Of a DNA stretch of 64,000 nt, positions 34,378 through 45,500 are shown piece by piece; within the stretch, counting starts at the first letter, position 1, and each line of letters starts with the position of its first letter. This stretch comes from Dehalococcoidia bacterium. Its GTDB lineage: Bacteria > Chloroflexota > Dehalococcoidia > Lucifugimonadales > VXLM01. The DNA is taken from assembly GCA_965220255.1 (NCBI GenBank), contig OZ244816.1, positions 2,376,491 to 2,440,490 on the forward strand. Reading direction: 5' to 3'. Made by a program: the position numbers and the translations under genes. A model generated the notes under the pieces. The model was not told the DNA's origin, searched no databases, and saw nothing but the letters and a program-made list of their open reading frames with translations.

Positions 34378-35733
34378 TCAGGAGACGGGAATCCACATTT
34401 TCCCCCTTCGCCCTACGCGCCTCTGCCATGAATCCCTGTACTCTAGTTCCCCCTCCAACTCCGCCAACCGCTCCAGGAACTGCGCGTAACTCGATATCCC
34501 TCCCATCTCCGAAACGAACGTCCTCAGGTCTGGCATAAGCTCTCGAAACCTGTGCAGTTGCCCCGCGATCGGGCTCGACGATGCGGCATTCTCAGCATAC
34601 GTCCCATGAAACGCGAAGTACGCCTGGTTTAGCCTGCGAATCGGGTACCCGTTCTCAACGAACTTCAGCCGCCTCTCTTCCATGTACGCCTCTGCCTCCT
34701 CCACCTTCCCTTCAGCCAACAGCTCGTCCACCCTCAAGCGGGTCTCACGCATCTCCTCGCGATATCCGAAATGCTCGTCCCTGCCGTGAAGACCACTCTC
34801 AGGAGCGGGCAGGGGAGACTCCTGAGTGGATGGATTCTCCTCCTCAGTGAATACCAACTCCCTCGCCGCGTCGCCGATCTCTCGCCCGACGATGTCCGCA
34901 AGTGTCTCGTTCAGCGTCACCATCTCGCCGGACGTGAACATCTTCTGCCCCAGCGGCCGAAACGCCATGTAGTGGTGCATCCACTCGTGGGCCCCCGCCC
35001 GAAACGTGTACTCCGGCGAAAGTGTGTCAAGCACCGACGCCGGATACGCCGCGAGCCCTCCCACCTGGATGCTGATCGCCGCCACATCCTCCTCTTCCAT
35101 TAACCTGTCCTCAAGACTCTCTCGCACCACGAGGCTGATGTCCGGCTCCATGAGCACCTCGTGCTGCCGCTCGATGCGGTCCCGTGGGGAGGTCAACAGC
35201 ACTATCGGGGGCCCCGCCAACCGGATGTCGACCGGAGGAAATACGAAACTCTCCCATCCGCTCAGGCCCGCCTCCCGTATCGCCGTGCTCAACGCGCTCT
35301 CTATCGTCTCCTCCACGCTGTCACGCAACGCCGATCGCTCACCGGCAAGCCGCTCGACCTCCTCCTGGAGCGCCTGCACTTCCCCGCTACTCGGACCGGA
35401 CATCGCGCGGTCCAGCGCATAGTCCGCCCCTAAGAGGTCTTGCCCCAGTTCAAAGTACCGCTCCAGTTCAGCCAGTCGTTCCGCCTCGGACTTCTCCCGC
35501 CCGAACAGCCTCGTCCGCAGCAGATGCACCCACTTATCAGGGAAATTCCGCACCTCCCACTCGCTGATGCTGTATCGGTACGGCAATGCCACCCGCTGCA
35601 CCGGATTCAAGCTCAACGTATCCCTCGCCACCCCGAACACCAGCACCACCGGAAGTAGAAAGAAAAATACCCACCTGAGTACCCGCCGCACCCTGCGAAT
35701 AGGAACGTACCTCCAAAACACTGCTACTCTCAA
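34378..35733 (-). CDS. Membrane-anchored hypothetical protein with an HExxH zinc-metallopeptidase motif
   Basis: N-terminal TM (VFFFLLPVVLVFGV), coiled-coil-like acidic segments and HEWMH at 34975-34989. No family recognised. Confidence 0.55.
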   Translation of the reverse strand: MRVAVFWRYVPIRRVRRVLRWVFFFLLPVVLVFGVARDTLSLNPVQRVALPYRYSISEWEVRNFPDKWVHLLRTRLFGREKSEAERLAELERYFELGQDLLGADYALDRAMSGPSSGEVQALQEEVERLAGERSALRDSVEETIESALSTAIREAGLSGWESFVFPPVDIRLAGPPIVLLTSPRDRIERQHEVLMEPDISLVVRESLEDRLMEEEDVAAISIQVGGLAAYPASVLDTLSPEYTFRAGAHEWMHHYMAFRPLGQKMFTSGEMVTLNETLADIVGREIGDAARELVFTEEENPSTQESPLPAPESGLHGRDEHFGYREEMRETRLRVDELLAEGKVEEAEAYMEERRLKFVENGYPIRRLNQAYFAFHGTYAENAASSSPIAGQLHRFRELMPDLRTFVSEMGGISSYAQFLERLAELEGELEYRDSWQRRVGRRGKMWIPVS

Positions 35734-35989
35734 TCATATCTCCCCCTCCCTCTCCCACGCACATCAAGTTCCGGATCCGCTACCGTCGCTCTCACCCCCT
35801 CTCCCGTTCACGGGAGATAACCTGCCCCGTGATTCCCGTGGAGACGGAATCCCTCTATCCCTTCAACATTCTCCACGGTGAGTCCTCTCACGCCCGACCG
35901 GCGAGGTCCGCCCGACTGGCGAAGTCCTTGACCCTTCGACCTCATCACCGTACCCTTCCGTCCTGACAATCCCCGCTGGAGGAACTCCC

Positions 35990-37072
35990 ATGAAAGCAGC
36001 CGTGCTCTACGAAGCTCAGACCCCCCTCGTCATCGAGGAGCTAGACATCGAGGAGCCCGGACCCGGCCAGGTCATGGTGAAGATGATGTCGAGCGGTGTC
36101 TGCCACTCCGACTGGCACGTCGTTAAGGGTGAGTGGACCCACCTGCCTCTGCCCATCATCCTTGGCCACGAGGGCGCGGGCGTCGTCGAGGCCACCGGCC
36201 CCGGCGTCAACAACGTGCAGCCTGGAGACCACGTCATACTGGCATGGCGTTCACAGTGCGGACTCTGTGAGATGTGCCAGCTCGGATGGCCGGCCCTGTG
36301 CTACCACAACAAGTACCCTGAGCAGAAGCCCACCATTCGGCAGACGCGAAAGGAGATCAACCAGATGGTCGGGGTAGGGAGCTTCGGAAGCTACCAACTC
36401 GTCAGCGAGGTCGCAGCCATCCCCATCGACAAGGACATCCCCTTTCCACAGGCGTCCCTCATCGGCTGCGGCGTGACCACAGGCGTCGGCGCCGCCATCA
36501 ATACGGCCAATGTTCAGCCCGGTACGACCGCCGCCGTCTTCGGTGCGGGAGGCGTCGGACTGAACGTCATACAGGGTTGCCGCATCGCCGGCGCCACTAC
36601 GATCATTGCCGTCGACCTCCTCGACAACAAGCTCGACATGGCAAGGGAGTTCGGCGCGACTCACACCGTCAACGCCGGTGACGAAGACGCAGTCGAGGCC
36701 ATCAAGGCCCTCACCGGCGGACTCGGCGTCCACTACGCCTTCGAAGCCATTGGCCTCGTGGAAAAGCCCTTCATCCAGAGCATCCACTGCACCCGCAATC
36801 GAGGTATGTCGATCTGGGTAGGCCACGCACCCCACGGCACCCCCGTCACCATCGACGCGCGCGACCTCATGATGGAAAAGATCATTATGGGATCGCTCTA
36901 CGGCAGCGGCCAGCCCCTGATCACCTTCCCCCGACTCCTCAACCTCTACAAGTCGGGGGAACTGATGCTCGATGAACTCGTCTCCCGGACCTATCCCCTC
37001 GAGCAGATCAACGACGCCTTCGAAGCCCTGGGCAAAGGCGAGGTCGCCCGAAGCACTCTATCCTTCGACTAA
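35990..37072 (+). CDS. Zn-dependent alcohol dehydrogenase (MDR family)
   Basis: GVCHSDWH and ILGHEGAGVV, structural-zinc CGLCEMCQLGWPALC, and Rossmann motif VFGAGGVGL. Confidence 0.85.
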   Translation: MKAAVLYEAQTPLVIEELDIEEPGPGQVMVKMMSSGVCHSDWHVVKGEWTHLPLPIILGHEGAGVVEATGPGVNNVQPGDHVILAWRSQCGLCEMCQLGWPALCYHNKYPEQKPTIRQTRKEINQMVGVGSFGSYQLVSEVAAIPIDKDIPFPQASLIGCGVTTGVGAAINTANVQPGTTAAVFGAGGVGLNVIQGCRIAGATTIIAVDLLDNKLDMAREFGATHTVNAGDEDAVEAIKALTGGLGVHYAFEAIGLVEKPFIQSIHCTRNRGMSIWVGHAPHGTPVTIDARDLMMEKIIMGSLYGSGQPLITFPRLLNLYKSGELMLDELVSRTYPLEQINDAFEALGKGEVARSTLSFD

Positions 37073-37117
37073 GGGGATCGACTTCATAGTATTGAAGGGG
37101 CATGAGGCTATGACTTG

Positions 37118-37271
37118 GTAGGGGCGGGTTTGAAACCCGCCCAGTCTCGCTTATCCCCTCTCCCATACGCGGGCGAGGGCTGGGGTGAGGGTGAATGACC
37201 TAACAATAACCCCGTTCGCCCCAGTACCAAGTACAGGGGAAGCTCTGAGCCTGTCAAAGGGCAGGGTTCTC
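37118..37271 (+). repeat. Mosaic of three repeat families: B hairpin, CCCCTCTCCC/GGGGTGAGGGTG module and family A
   Basis: gtaggggcgggtttgaaacccgccc; tatcccctctcccatacgcgggcgagggctggggtgagggtg; ccccgttcgccccagtaccaagtacaggggaagctctgagcctgtcaaaggg. Sits between convergent genes. Confidence 0.7.
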
Positions 37272-37309
37272 CAAGAACACGTAGCTCCGGAGAACCCTCG
37301 AACCCCCTG

Positions 37310-38230
37310 CTAGTCCACAGTCTGGCTCTTCGAGCGAATCGACGACTCGAAGGCCGACATCTTGTTCAGCGGCAGGCGAGGCCACGTTCGCTTCCACGGG
37401 TCGGTGACGTTCACCGTCAGCAGACCGAAGTCGCCGATCTCCTCGGTAATCACGTCGCCGTGCTGGATGGGACCCAGCCCCACGTGGTTCGTGCCCGTCG
37501 CGATCACGTCACCGGCCTTCATCGTCGTGATCCACGTGATGAACTCTACGGTCTCCTCAACCGTTCGACCCATGTCGCTCGTGTTGTGGTCCTGCCGTGG
37601 CTCGCCGTTGACCCACAGCTTGATATCGAGATTCTGCGGATCGTCCACCTCGTCGGCCGTGACGATCACCGGCCCGAGCGGGCAGAAAGTGTCCCAGGAT
37701 TTGCCCCAGAAGAAGCTGCTGCCGCCATTGGGGTTCACGCCCCGCGCCGACACGTCCATGAAGTTCAGGTAGCCGAAGATATGACCACCCGCCTTCTCCG
37801 CCGGAACGTCGGTCGACGTCTTTCCGATAACCAGCCCAAGCTCCGCCTCGTGGTGGAAGTGGGGCACCGGCGCGTCCGGAAGCTCGACCGTGTCGCCGTC
37901 TCCGATCACCGCGCTCGGTGACTTCAGGAAGGCCTCCCGGTCGGTCGGAAACGGCAGCTTGCCGTTCTCGAGGTAGTTGCCCGCCATGCAGGCGATACGC
38001 GTCGGTTCCGGCAGCGGCGCTCGCAACCGCACGTCGGCGATCGGCACCCCCTCTAAGTTGGCCGCCGCGTCTTCCAGCTTGCTCCTGTAGTCGTCGAAAC
38101 GGTCGATCAGCCCACGCATCCACGTCTGCGCGTCGATATGCGGGATATCATCAATCACCCCCGACACGTCCACCACGTTGTCACCCCTCAGCACGCCCGG
38201 AGTGAAGTCGTTGAATAGTACCAGCCTCAT
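37310..38230 (-). CDS. Fumarylacetoacetate hydrolase (FAH) family protein
   Basis: HHEAELGLVIGK, GYLNFMDVSAR and FCPLGP are typical FAH-fold motifs. Confidence 0.85.
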   Translation of the reverse strand: MRLVLFNDFTPGVLRGDNVVDVSGVIDDIPHIDAQTWMRGLIDRFDDYRSKLEDAAANLEGVPIADVRLRAPLPEPTRIACMAGNYLENGKLPFPTDREAFLKSPSAVIGDGDTVELPDAPVPHFHHEAELGLVIGKTSTDVPAEKAGGHIFGYLNFMDVSARGVNPNGGSSFFWGKSWDTFCPLGPVIVTADEVDDPQNLDIKLWVNGEPRQDHNTSDMGRTVEETVEFITWITTMKAGDVIATGTNHVGLGPIQHGDVITEEIGDFGLLTVNVTDPWKRTWPRLPLNKMSAFESSIRSKSQTVD

Positions 38231-38403
38231 GTACCAATCTCCTTTTCGCTAGGTCTTTCAGCCGCGCGATTGTAGCACAGCCCCTTCGACACCGTCCAAG
38301 CGGCAGGAGCCTTCGTTGACATGCCGCCTCCACCACAATACCGTACTTTCAGGCTCAAGAGTCCACGCACAACCGACAATCCAGCTATAACCCACTCTGC
38401 CAC

Positions 38404-38949
38404 ATGATCCCCGACTGGCTCCCATACTTCCTTAACGGCCTCCTCCTCCTCGCCATTGCCTCCATCATCTACTACGGCGTCAGGCTCGGCATAACCCCCA
38501 TGCCGAGCTCCCGCAAAGCCGTAGCAACGTTCATCGACCTCATCCCTGATTCCACCGACGGCAGGATAGTCGACCTCGGTTCCGGCTGGGGTACGCTCGC
38601 CTATCCCATCGCCAGGCGCTTCCCCGACGCCTCAGTCATCGGCTGCGAGCTCTCGCCCATCCCTTGGATCTACTCGCGTCTCAAGGGCATTTTCGTCCGA
38701 CGCCCCAACCTCACACTCCACAGGCGGAGCGTCTTCGACGTCGATCTTACCGGTGTCGACGTGGTCGTCGTCTACCTGCACCCCGCTGCGATGAAGAAAC
38801 TCGCCCCCAAATTCGAGCGAGAGCTGCGTCCCGGAACCCTCGTCCTCTCCAACACATTCCCTGTTCCCACATGGGAAGCCACGGAGACCCACCACCTCGG
38901 CAAGTCCTGGTTTTCCACATCAAACGACATCTACGTCTACCGTGTTTGA
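38404..38949 (+). CDS. Class I SAM-dependent methyltransferase with an N-terminal TM helix
   Basis: Motif I IVDLGSGWGTL, then VIGCELSP. Confidence 0.7.
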   Translation: MIPDWLPYFLNGLLLLAIASIIYYGVRLGITPMPSSRKAVATFIDLIPDSTDGRIVDLGSGWGTLAYPIARRFPDASVIGCELSPIPWIYSRLKGIFVRRPNLTLHRRSVFDVDLTGVDVVVVYLHPAAMKKLAPKFERELRPGTLVLSNTFPVPTWEATETHHLGKSWFSTSNDIYVYRV

Positions 38950-39006
38950 CGATTGTGATGTAGCATAGCTACCCTAGTATCCAGGAAGCACAGGAGCGCT
39001 CTTCAG

Positions 39007-40737
39007 ATGTACGAGACCATATCGACCGACGTACTTATCATTGGCGGTGGAGGCGCGGGACTTCGAGCCGCCGTAGAGGCGCGTGACCACGGTGCGAGCG
39101 TGACCATGGTCGTCAAGGGCAAGTACGGAAACAGCGGCTGCACCCTGAACGTCGGCACCAGTGCCGTAGTGGGCCTCAACGGGCAGAACGGCGACTCCAA
39201 CATGTCCTCCATGTGCGACCTGGTCTCCTTCGGCGGATTCCTCGCCGACCAGAAGCTCGCAAAGATTCTCGTTGATGAGACCATGGAGCGTGTCCAGGAG
39301 CTCGTCGAGTGGGGCGTCGATTTCCAGCGCGAGGACGACGGAAGCGTCGCCCTCTATCGTTCCGCCGCGCACACCCACGTAAGGAACTTCACCCTGAAGC
39401 CGGGCGACAACGCGCGCCAGCACACCTATGGCGCTCCTCCGGGCTGGGCCATGATGGACGCCCTCATGGACCAGGCCGAAAATCGCGGCGTAACGGTCAT
39501 GGACGACGCCGTGCTCATTGACCTCCTGACGGCCGACGGACGCGTCGTCGGGGCTACGGTGCTCGACTGCCGCCGCAACGAGACACTCGTCGTCCAGGCC
39601 AAGACGACCATCCTCGCGACAGGAACCTACAGCCACATATTCGCTCCCACCACCGTCTCGCCCTTCGAGACCGGCGATGGACAGTGCGCAGCCTATCGCG
39701 TCGGCGCCGACCTCACCGGTATGGAGGCATCCCAGTTTGTCGCAACGTCCGTCGGCTTCCCGCCCGGCACGAGATTCCTCAACTCCGAGAACGAGGACTT
39801 CCTTCCGAAGTACGGCATTGACGACCCGCGCAACTTCGCCAAGGAACCGCTCACCTACGCCGTCTGGAAGGAGATCAAGGAGGGCAGGGGATTCAAGGGC
39901 GATAAGGTCATGCTCGACATGAGCGCTGCCTTCGAAAGAGAGAATATGCCGTGGTGGTTCATGGACTTGGTGAAGGAGCAGACCGAGAAGCGTGGCATTG
40001 ACCTGCGTCACGAGCCCGTTGCCTCCGAGCCGCGCGCGCATACGACGATCGGCGGCATCTCCATAAACGAGAAGTGCGAGACAACTGTTCCCGGCCTCTA
40101 CGCGTCCGGCGCGGTTGCCGGCGGGGTCTACGGTCATGCCAGGCCCGAGGGATACACATCCATGATAACCGTCGTCTTCGGACAGCGGGCAGGGCGCTAC
40201 GCCGCCGAGGAGGCTAATGCCATTGGCCACGTCTCCGTGGATTCCGAGCAAGTGGGGGCAAGCCTCATGGCCGCGTCGAACACAATCGACAACGCCGCCT
40301 CTGTGAAGCCCAGCGACATCAAGCGCAAGATCAAAGCCACGACGCGGCGCTACGCCTGGGTCATCAAGGACGAAGAAGGACTCACCAACGGCCTCTCCCG
40401 CATCCGGCAGATTCGCTCCGAGACCGGAAAGTTGAGAGCCCGAAGCGGGTACGATTGGGCTCGCGCATTGGAAGTCCGCAACCTGCTCCTGTCGGCCGAA
40501 CTGCACTTCATCGGTTCATTGGAGCGCAAGGAGAGCAGGGGAGCTTTCTTCCGCGACGACTACTCTGAGACCGACAACGTCAACTGGCTGAAGAACATCC
40601 TGTACAGGCAGGTCGGCGGCGAACTGGTGCTCGATTACGAGGCGCCCGACCTTCTGTACTGCGATCCCGCCACGCATAATGGGCGGCTCCAGTATCAGCC
40701 GATCTCCAACTACGGAACGCGGGCGGCAACCGTCTAA
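39007..40737 (+). CDS. FAD-binding oxidoreductase of the succinate dehydrogenase/fumarate reductase flavoprotein family
   Basis: DVLIIGGGGAGLRAAVEA, ILATGT, HTTIGGI, LYASGAVAGG and ESRGAFFRDDY. Confidence 0.8.
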   Translation: MYETISTDVLIIGGGGAGLRAAVEARDHGASVTMVVKGKYGNSGCTLNVGTSAVVGLNGQNGDSNMSSMCDLVSFGGFLADQKLAKILVDETMERVQELVEWGVDFQREDDGSVALYRSAAHTHVRNFTLKPGDNARQHTYGAPPGWAMMDALMDQAENRGVTVMDDAVLIDLLTADGRVVGATVLDCRRNETLVVQAKTTILATGTYSHIFAPTTVSPFETGDGQCAAYRVGADLTGMEASQFVATSVGFPPGTRFLNSENEDFLPKYGIDDPRNFAKEPLTYAVWKEIKEGRGFKGDKVMLDMSAAFERENMPWWFMDLVKEQTEKRGIDLRHEPVASEPRAHTTIGGISINEKCETTVPGLYASGAVAGGVYGHARPEGYTSMITVVFGQRAGRYAAEEANAIGHVSVDSEQVGASLMAASNTIDNAASVKPSDIKRKIKATTRRYAWVIKDEEGLTNGLSRIRQIRSETGKLRARSGYDWARALEVRNLLLSAELHFIGSLERKESRGAFFRDDYSETDNVNWLKNILYRQVGGELVLDYEAPDLLYCDPATHNGRLQYQPISNYGTRAATV

Positions 40738-40752
40738 CCGACTGGTCCGGTC

Positions 40753-41661
40753 CTACTGGTCTGTAGGTCGGCGGAAGCGGTTGATGTAGTCTTCATCGCC
40801 GGTTTCCGTTTGGTCCGCGACTTCGCTCGCGTCATCCGACGATTCAGCGGCGCTTGCCGGTGCGTCATCCGAGGCGCTTGCGCCTGTCCCATCCGAGCCG
40901 TCCTCCGACGAAGGCCTGTCACGGTAGCGGCTGGCCTGGATGTCCTCCAGCCGGCTCTGAAGGTCTTCCCCTTCGAGATGCCCGACAATGCTGCCGTCGC
41001 GCATCTCGTTCACCTGGTCGGCCATCGCCAGCAGCGTCGAGTCGTGCGTAGCGGCGACTACGGTGATGCCGTGTGTCTCCACCATCTCGCGGAACAGCCC
41101 GAAGATCGACTGAGCATTCGTAGAGTCCAACTCACCCGTCGGCTCGTCCGCCAGGATCAGGGGCGGCCTCGTGACGATCGCGCGAGCGATGGCGACCCTC
41201 TGCTGCTCACCGCCCGATAGCTCGTACGGACGGTGGTTCGCGCGCGGGACGAGGCCAACGATTCCCAGCGCCTCCCTCGTGCGTTCCTCCCGCTCTCGGA
41301 CCCCGTATCCCGAAATCCTCAGCGGCAATTCGACGTTCTCGAACGCTGACAGCAGCGGAAGCAGGCCGAACGCCTGGAATACGAAACCCACCTTATGACG
41401 GCGAATTTCCGTGAGCTCCTTTTCGCCCATCGCCGTCAGATCCTCTCCTTCGAAGAGGATCTTGCCGGATGTCGGTTTGTCGAGCCCGGCCATGAGGTTC
41501 AAGAGCGTCGTCTTGCCCGAGCCCGATCTGCCGACGAGCGCAATGAACTGGCCCGGCGGTACCTGCAGGGTCACGTCGTTGACCGCCGTGACCTGCTCCG
41601 CCCCCACGTCGTACACGCGGGAGAGGTTCTCAATGTCGATGATGACCTGTGAACTGCTCAT
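40753..41661 (-). CDS. ABC transporter ATP-binding protein (MacB/LolD/FtsE-type) with an acidic low-complexity C-terminal tail
   Basis: Walker [10 protein letters not shown], signature [14 protein letters not shown], Walker [10 protein letters not shown]. An ~80-aa Asp/Glu/Ser-rich tail follows. The start is coupled to the upstream ATPase stop (TAAGATG). Confidence 0.9.
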   Translation of the reverse strand: MSSSQVIIDIENLSRVYDVGAEQVTAVNDVTLQVPPGQFIALVGRSGSGKTTLLNLMAGLDKPTSGKILFEGEDLTAMGEKELTEIRRHKVGFVFQAFGLLPLLSAFENVELPLRISGYGVREREERTREALGIVGLVPRANHRPYELSGGEQQRVAIARAIVTRPPLILADEPTGELDSTNAQSIFGLFREMVETHGITVVAATHDSTLLAMADQVNEMRDGSIVGHLEGEDLQSRLEDIQASRYRDRPSSEDGSDGTGASASDDAPASAAESSDDASEVADQTETGDEDYINRFRRPTDQ

Positions 41662-41662
41662 C

Positions 41663-42547
41663 TTATTCCTCTCCGGAAACGATGGTGACCTTGCCGTCCT
41701 CGACCTTCACCCTTGCTCGATCGCGGATCCTTACCTCGTCTAGGTACTCGCGTGGAAGCTGCACTCGCCCGGCTCCATCGACCAGCGTGTACTCTTCGAG
41801 CGGTGTCTCAATGTCCACTTCCCCAGTAATCTGCCGCTCGTAGGAATGCGCGCGCCTGACCTCCGTCGAGGTCTTCCCGTCTCGAATCATGACAACCCGT
41901 CCGACTTTGTAGGCGATGTCGCGGTCGTGCGTTACGATCACGATGGTCGTCCCCAGCTCGCTGTTCACCGACCCGAACAGGTCCAGGATCTCGCTTGCCG
42001 TCGCGTCATCCAACTCACCCGTCGGCTCGTCCGCAAGAAGTAGGGGAGGGTGGTTTGCCAGAGCGACCGCAATCGCGACCCTCTGCTGCTCGCCCCCGGA
42101 CAAGCGCTCCGGCGTGTGGTCAAGCCTGTGCCCCAGGCCCACAAGGTTCAGCAGGTCTTCCGATCGTTCCTGTCGTTCCTTCGGGGAGAGGCTCGTGAGC
42201 ATCATGGGCAGCGCCACGTTCTCGACGGCGCTCAAGTACGGGAACAGATTGCGGCTCGTCTGCTGCCACACGAACCCGACCTCATGACGACGATAGTCCT
42301 CTACCTCCCGACCTCCCATGCGAAGGAGATCACGGTCTCCGACTCGGACCTTCCCGGCTGAGGGAGTATCATATCCCGCGAGGATATTCAGCAGCGTAGT
42401 TTTCCCGCTGCCGCTCGCACCCACGACGGCGATGACCTCGCCTCGCGATACGACGAGATCCAGACCCCTCAGCGCTACAACTTCCAGGTCGGCGATCTTG
42501 TATATCTTGAACAGGTCTTCGCAGACGATGTAGTCTTCCGTTCTCAC
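41663..42547 (-). CDS. ABC transporter ATP-binding protein (MacB/LolD/FtsE-type) with a C-terminal AbrB/SpoVT-like extension
   Basis: Walker A GASGSGKTT, signature [14 protein letters not shown], Walker B LLLADEPTG. GTG at 42547 is preceded by GGAGGG. Alternative starts are ATG 42568 and GTG 42583. Confidence 0.9.
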   Translation of the reverse strand: MRTEDYIVCEDLFKIYKIADLEVVALRGLDLVVSRGEVIAVVGASGSGKTTLLNILAGYDTPSAGKVRVGDRDLLRMGGREVEDYRRHEVGFVWQQTSRNLFPYLSAVENVALPMMLTSLSPKERQERSEDLLNLVGLGHRLDHTPERLSGGEQQRVAIAVALANHPPLLLADEPTGELDDATASEILDLFGSVNSELGTTIVIVTHDRDIAYKVGRVVMIRDGKTSTEVRRAHSYERQITGEVDIETPLEEYTLVDGAGRVQLPREYLDEVRIRDRARVKVEDGKVTIVSGEE

Positions 42548-42569
42548 GTTTGGCCCTCCACGATTCATT

Positions 42570-45500
42570 CTAACCAATTTCACCCAACCGCAAGACCCGC
42601 TGCAGCGAGATGCGATTGACCAGCCATATCATTCCCAAGATTATCACGGCGAACACGAGGAACATAATCGCGTAAGTCAGGATAAGCACGTTCCAATTGA
42701 TCTGCATCGCGAACGGCGGCATCACCTGCGAACCGAAGTCGTCGTGTCCGAGGAATGGCATAATCACCGCGCCCAGTCTTCCGCCCATCCACGTTCCCAG
42801 CGCCAGTCCTACGAGAATCACCAGCATCTGCTCCAGCCATACCATCGTGACGAGCTGCCGCATGGAGAATCCCACCGTTCGCAGCAGGGCGAACTGGAGC
42901 TGTCTGTTTCTAAACGATATGTAGGCGTGCACGAGGAACCCCAAGCAGCTCAGTACCAGCACCGACGAGAAGGCGATGAACAGAAGCGATCTCCATCCCG
43001 CCTTCACGAGCGGGTCCACCTTCGACTCGGCCAGCAGGGCGTCCCTGTCTTGGAATGAGTCGATCAGAAATCCGCCGTTGGTGTTCAACTCCTCGATGAG
43101 CGCTGCTCGTTCTGCCCCCGTGGACGTCGATGAAATCCAGAGTTCGTTGGGCAGGACCTCGCTGTTCAATGTTCCCATGCTTGCATACTTCACGAGAGAA
43201 CTCATGTCAGAAACGAGGAAGCTCTTCTCCCGCAAATTCATCGTGGGGAAGAACTCCATCTCATCGATGATTCGCACGGGTACGCGATGTCCCGAGACCG
43301 AAACGTCGAATTCCTCGCCGACCTTATGGCCGGTATTCTTGTTGAATCCCTTGCTTGCGAGCACCGGTAGAGGAGTGAACTGACCGGGGAAAATGCCACG
43401 CACCGAGGCCGCCGCGCCCTCGGCCCATGAGAAGAGGGCCGACCCCGACTCGTCTTCGAATCCAACGTCGGACGCCCGGAGCACGTCTGCGATCGCGGTC
43501 TCGGTAGTCCGCAGAAGACTCCAGCCTTCCACGTCATTGAATGACTCGATAACGGTCGTCCTACCTGTCTCCGTCTTCGCCTTGATCTCATCTATCAGGA
43601 CGGATCCGGGTTGGAGTTGCCTGTCGCCTCGGCGCTCCCGGATGGTCACCGAGGCGAGGGAAATCGGCTCCGATGGAGCGGTTGACGGCTGCCCCCTTCC
43701 TCCGACCGCCGTCAGATCGACGCTAAGTTCCGCCCAGTCGGCGAAGTTCAGCTCACCGAGAACATAGGTGTAGTATCTGCCGCGAGAGTCTAATATCCGC
43801 GCTGTCATGCGGACGGATGGATGTGGCCGGTCCGGCTTGATTCTCAGAGTGAGATGCTTCGATCCGTTCGGAATGGGCAGCCCCTCCGGTCCGCCTTCGA
43901 GGGCCAGTGAGGAAATTAGTTCGTCCACGGGTTGCCCGGCGAAGTCTTCTCGGAACCAGGCAACATCCAGAAAGTCCTCCGGGTTGACCGCCACCATGTC
44001 GTAGGTGCCGCCGAATAGCTTGGAAAGGTCGTGCCCCGAACTCCTGCGAACGAGACTGACCTTCTCAACTCCGAGGAGGTTCTCATATCGGTCCTTCAGC
44101 ACACTCGTGGACATGAACTGGTCGTCTGGAGATAGACCCCGCCGGAACCCTGAGGTGGGAACGTTTCCGTTGAGCCGTACGTCGCTTCCGGTGAAGAAGA
44201 GCACCCGCTCGACGAAGCTGCGGTCGAGCGTCGCGCTGAAGCTCGCCGCGAAGATTCCCAGCCCTGCCGTCAGAATCAGCAACAAGGACAGTCGGGCGTA
44301 GTGCGCCGGGTTTCGCGCCATCTGCCAGACTCCCATAACCATACCCGCCGGCAGCCACGCGGAAAGTAGGCGGCTTGCAAGGTTCATCACAACGGGGAAC
44401 AGCCGCAAGAGCACCATCGCCGACGCCACCAGTATTATCCCCGGCACCGCCAGCAGCATCTGGTTCACCGCGATTTCTCCGAACAGGTTCCTGGCCACTA
44501 CCGAACCCTGTTCGGTCAACTGTCGGAACAGCAGGATTCCCACGATGAGCAGCAATACGTCGAGATAGTACCTCTGGACAAACGGCAAGTCGGTCGGTCT
44601 GGCCGACCTTTGACGTTCTTGGGTCACGCTCATTTGAGACGCTCTGAACGCCGGGAATATCAGGGCAACGAAGCTCAAGACACCGCCCAGCGCAGCCATC
44701 ATGTAGGCACCGCTTGAAAGGCTGACCGACAGGAGACCGTCGGCGCCCAGATCGGAAAACGCCGGCGTCACGCCCAGCACGCTGATGGCCAACGCCGCCA
44801 GAATGGGACCGAATATCACGGACAACGCAGCGATCGTCAGTCCTTCCATGACGAATACCATGAGAATCTGCGTCGAGTTGGCCCCCCGGCTTCTCAGCAG
44901 GGCAACCTCGTTCCGTCGGTCTTCCACAACCAGCGATGACAACGTGGCGACGTAATACAGGATCACGATCGCGATTAGCACCAACACAACGAACATCGGC
45001 AATTTGCTGAAGAACAAACGCCTGTCGTACTCGTCGAGTGCGTTGTCCAGGGTCGTCGTCTGTCGGAAGCTAGATAGCGTGGAACTCAGCAGCGCATTCG
45101 TTCCCCTGATGTCCAACAGCGTGGAGGTGCTGTTTCTGGCATTGACTCGGTCGGCATCGGTCATCAGGAGCCATGCGTAGGTGGCTTCCATCCTCCGGAG
45201 TCGAGGTCCCAAGGTCTCAAGGAACGCCTCTTCGGATATATGGAAGGGCATCGTCCTGAAGCTGGTGCCGGTCGCTGCTTCAAGGACTTCTCTCTCAAGC
45301 TGCCAGACCTCTGCCTCAGGGTCCTCGCGTTGGAAGATGGCGCTGATCACCACTTCTACGTGGGCGAGGTCATCCGACCACGGCAGCACCGCGGACACCC
45401 GGTCTCCTATGCGTGTACCGAATGTCTCCGCTGCCTCGACCGGAATCATCGCCTCTATGGTGAATGGTTCTCCGGGCGCGTTTACCGGGCTGACGCCCGG

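Noticed and set aside
38974-40506. 510-aa minus-strand ORF.
   Set aside because: It is antisense to the FAD-binding flavoprotein gene (39007-40737), which has strong family motifs. The ORF itself has none.
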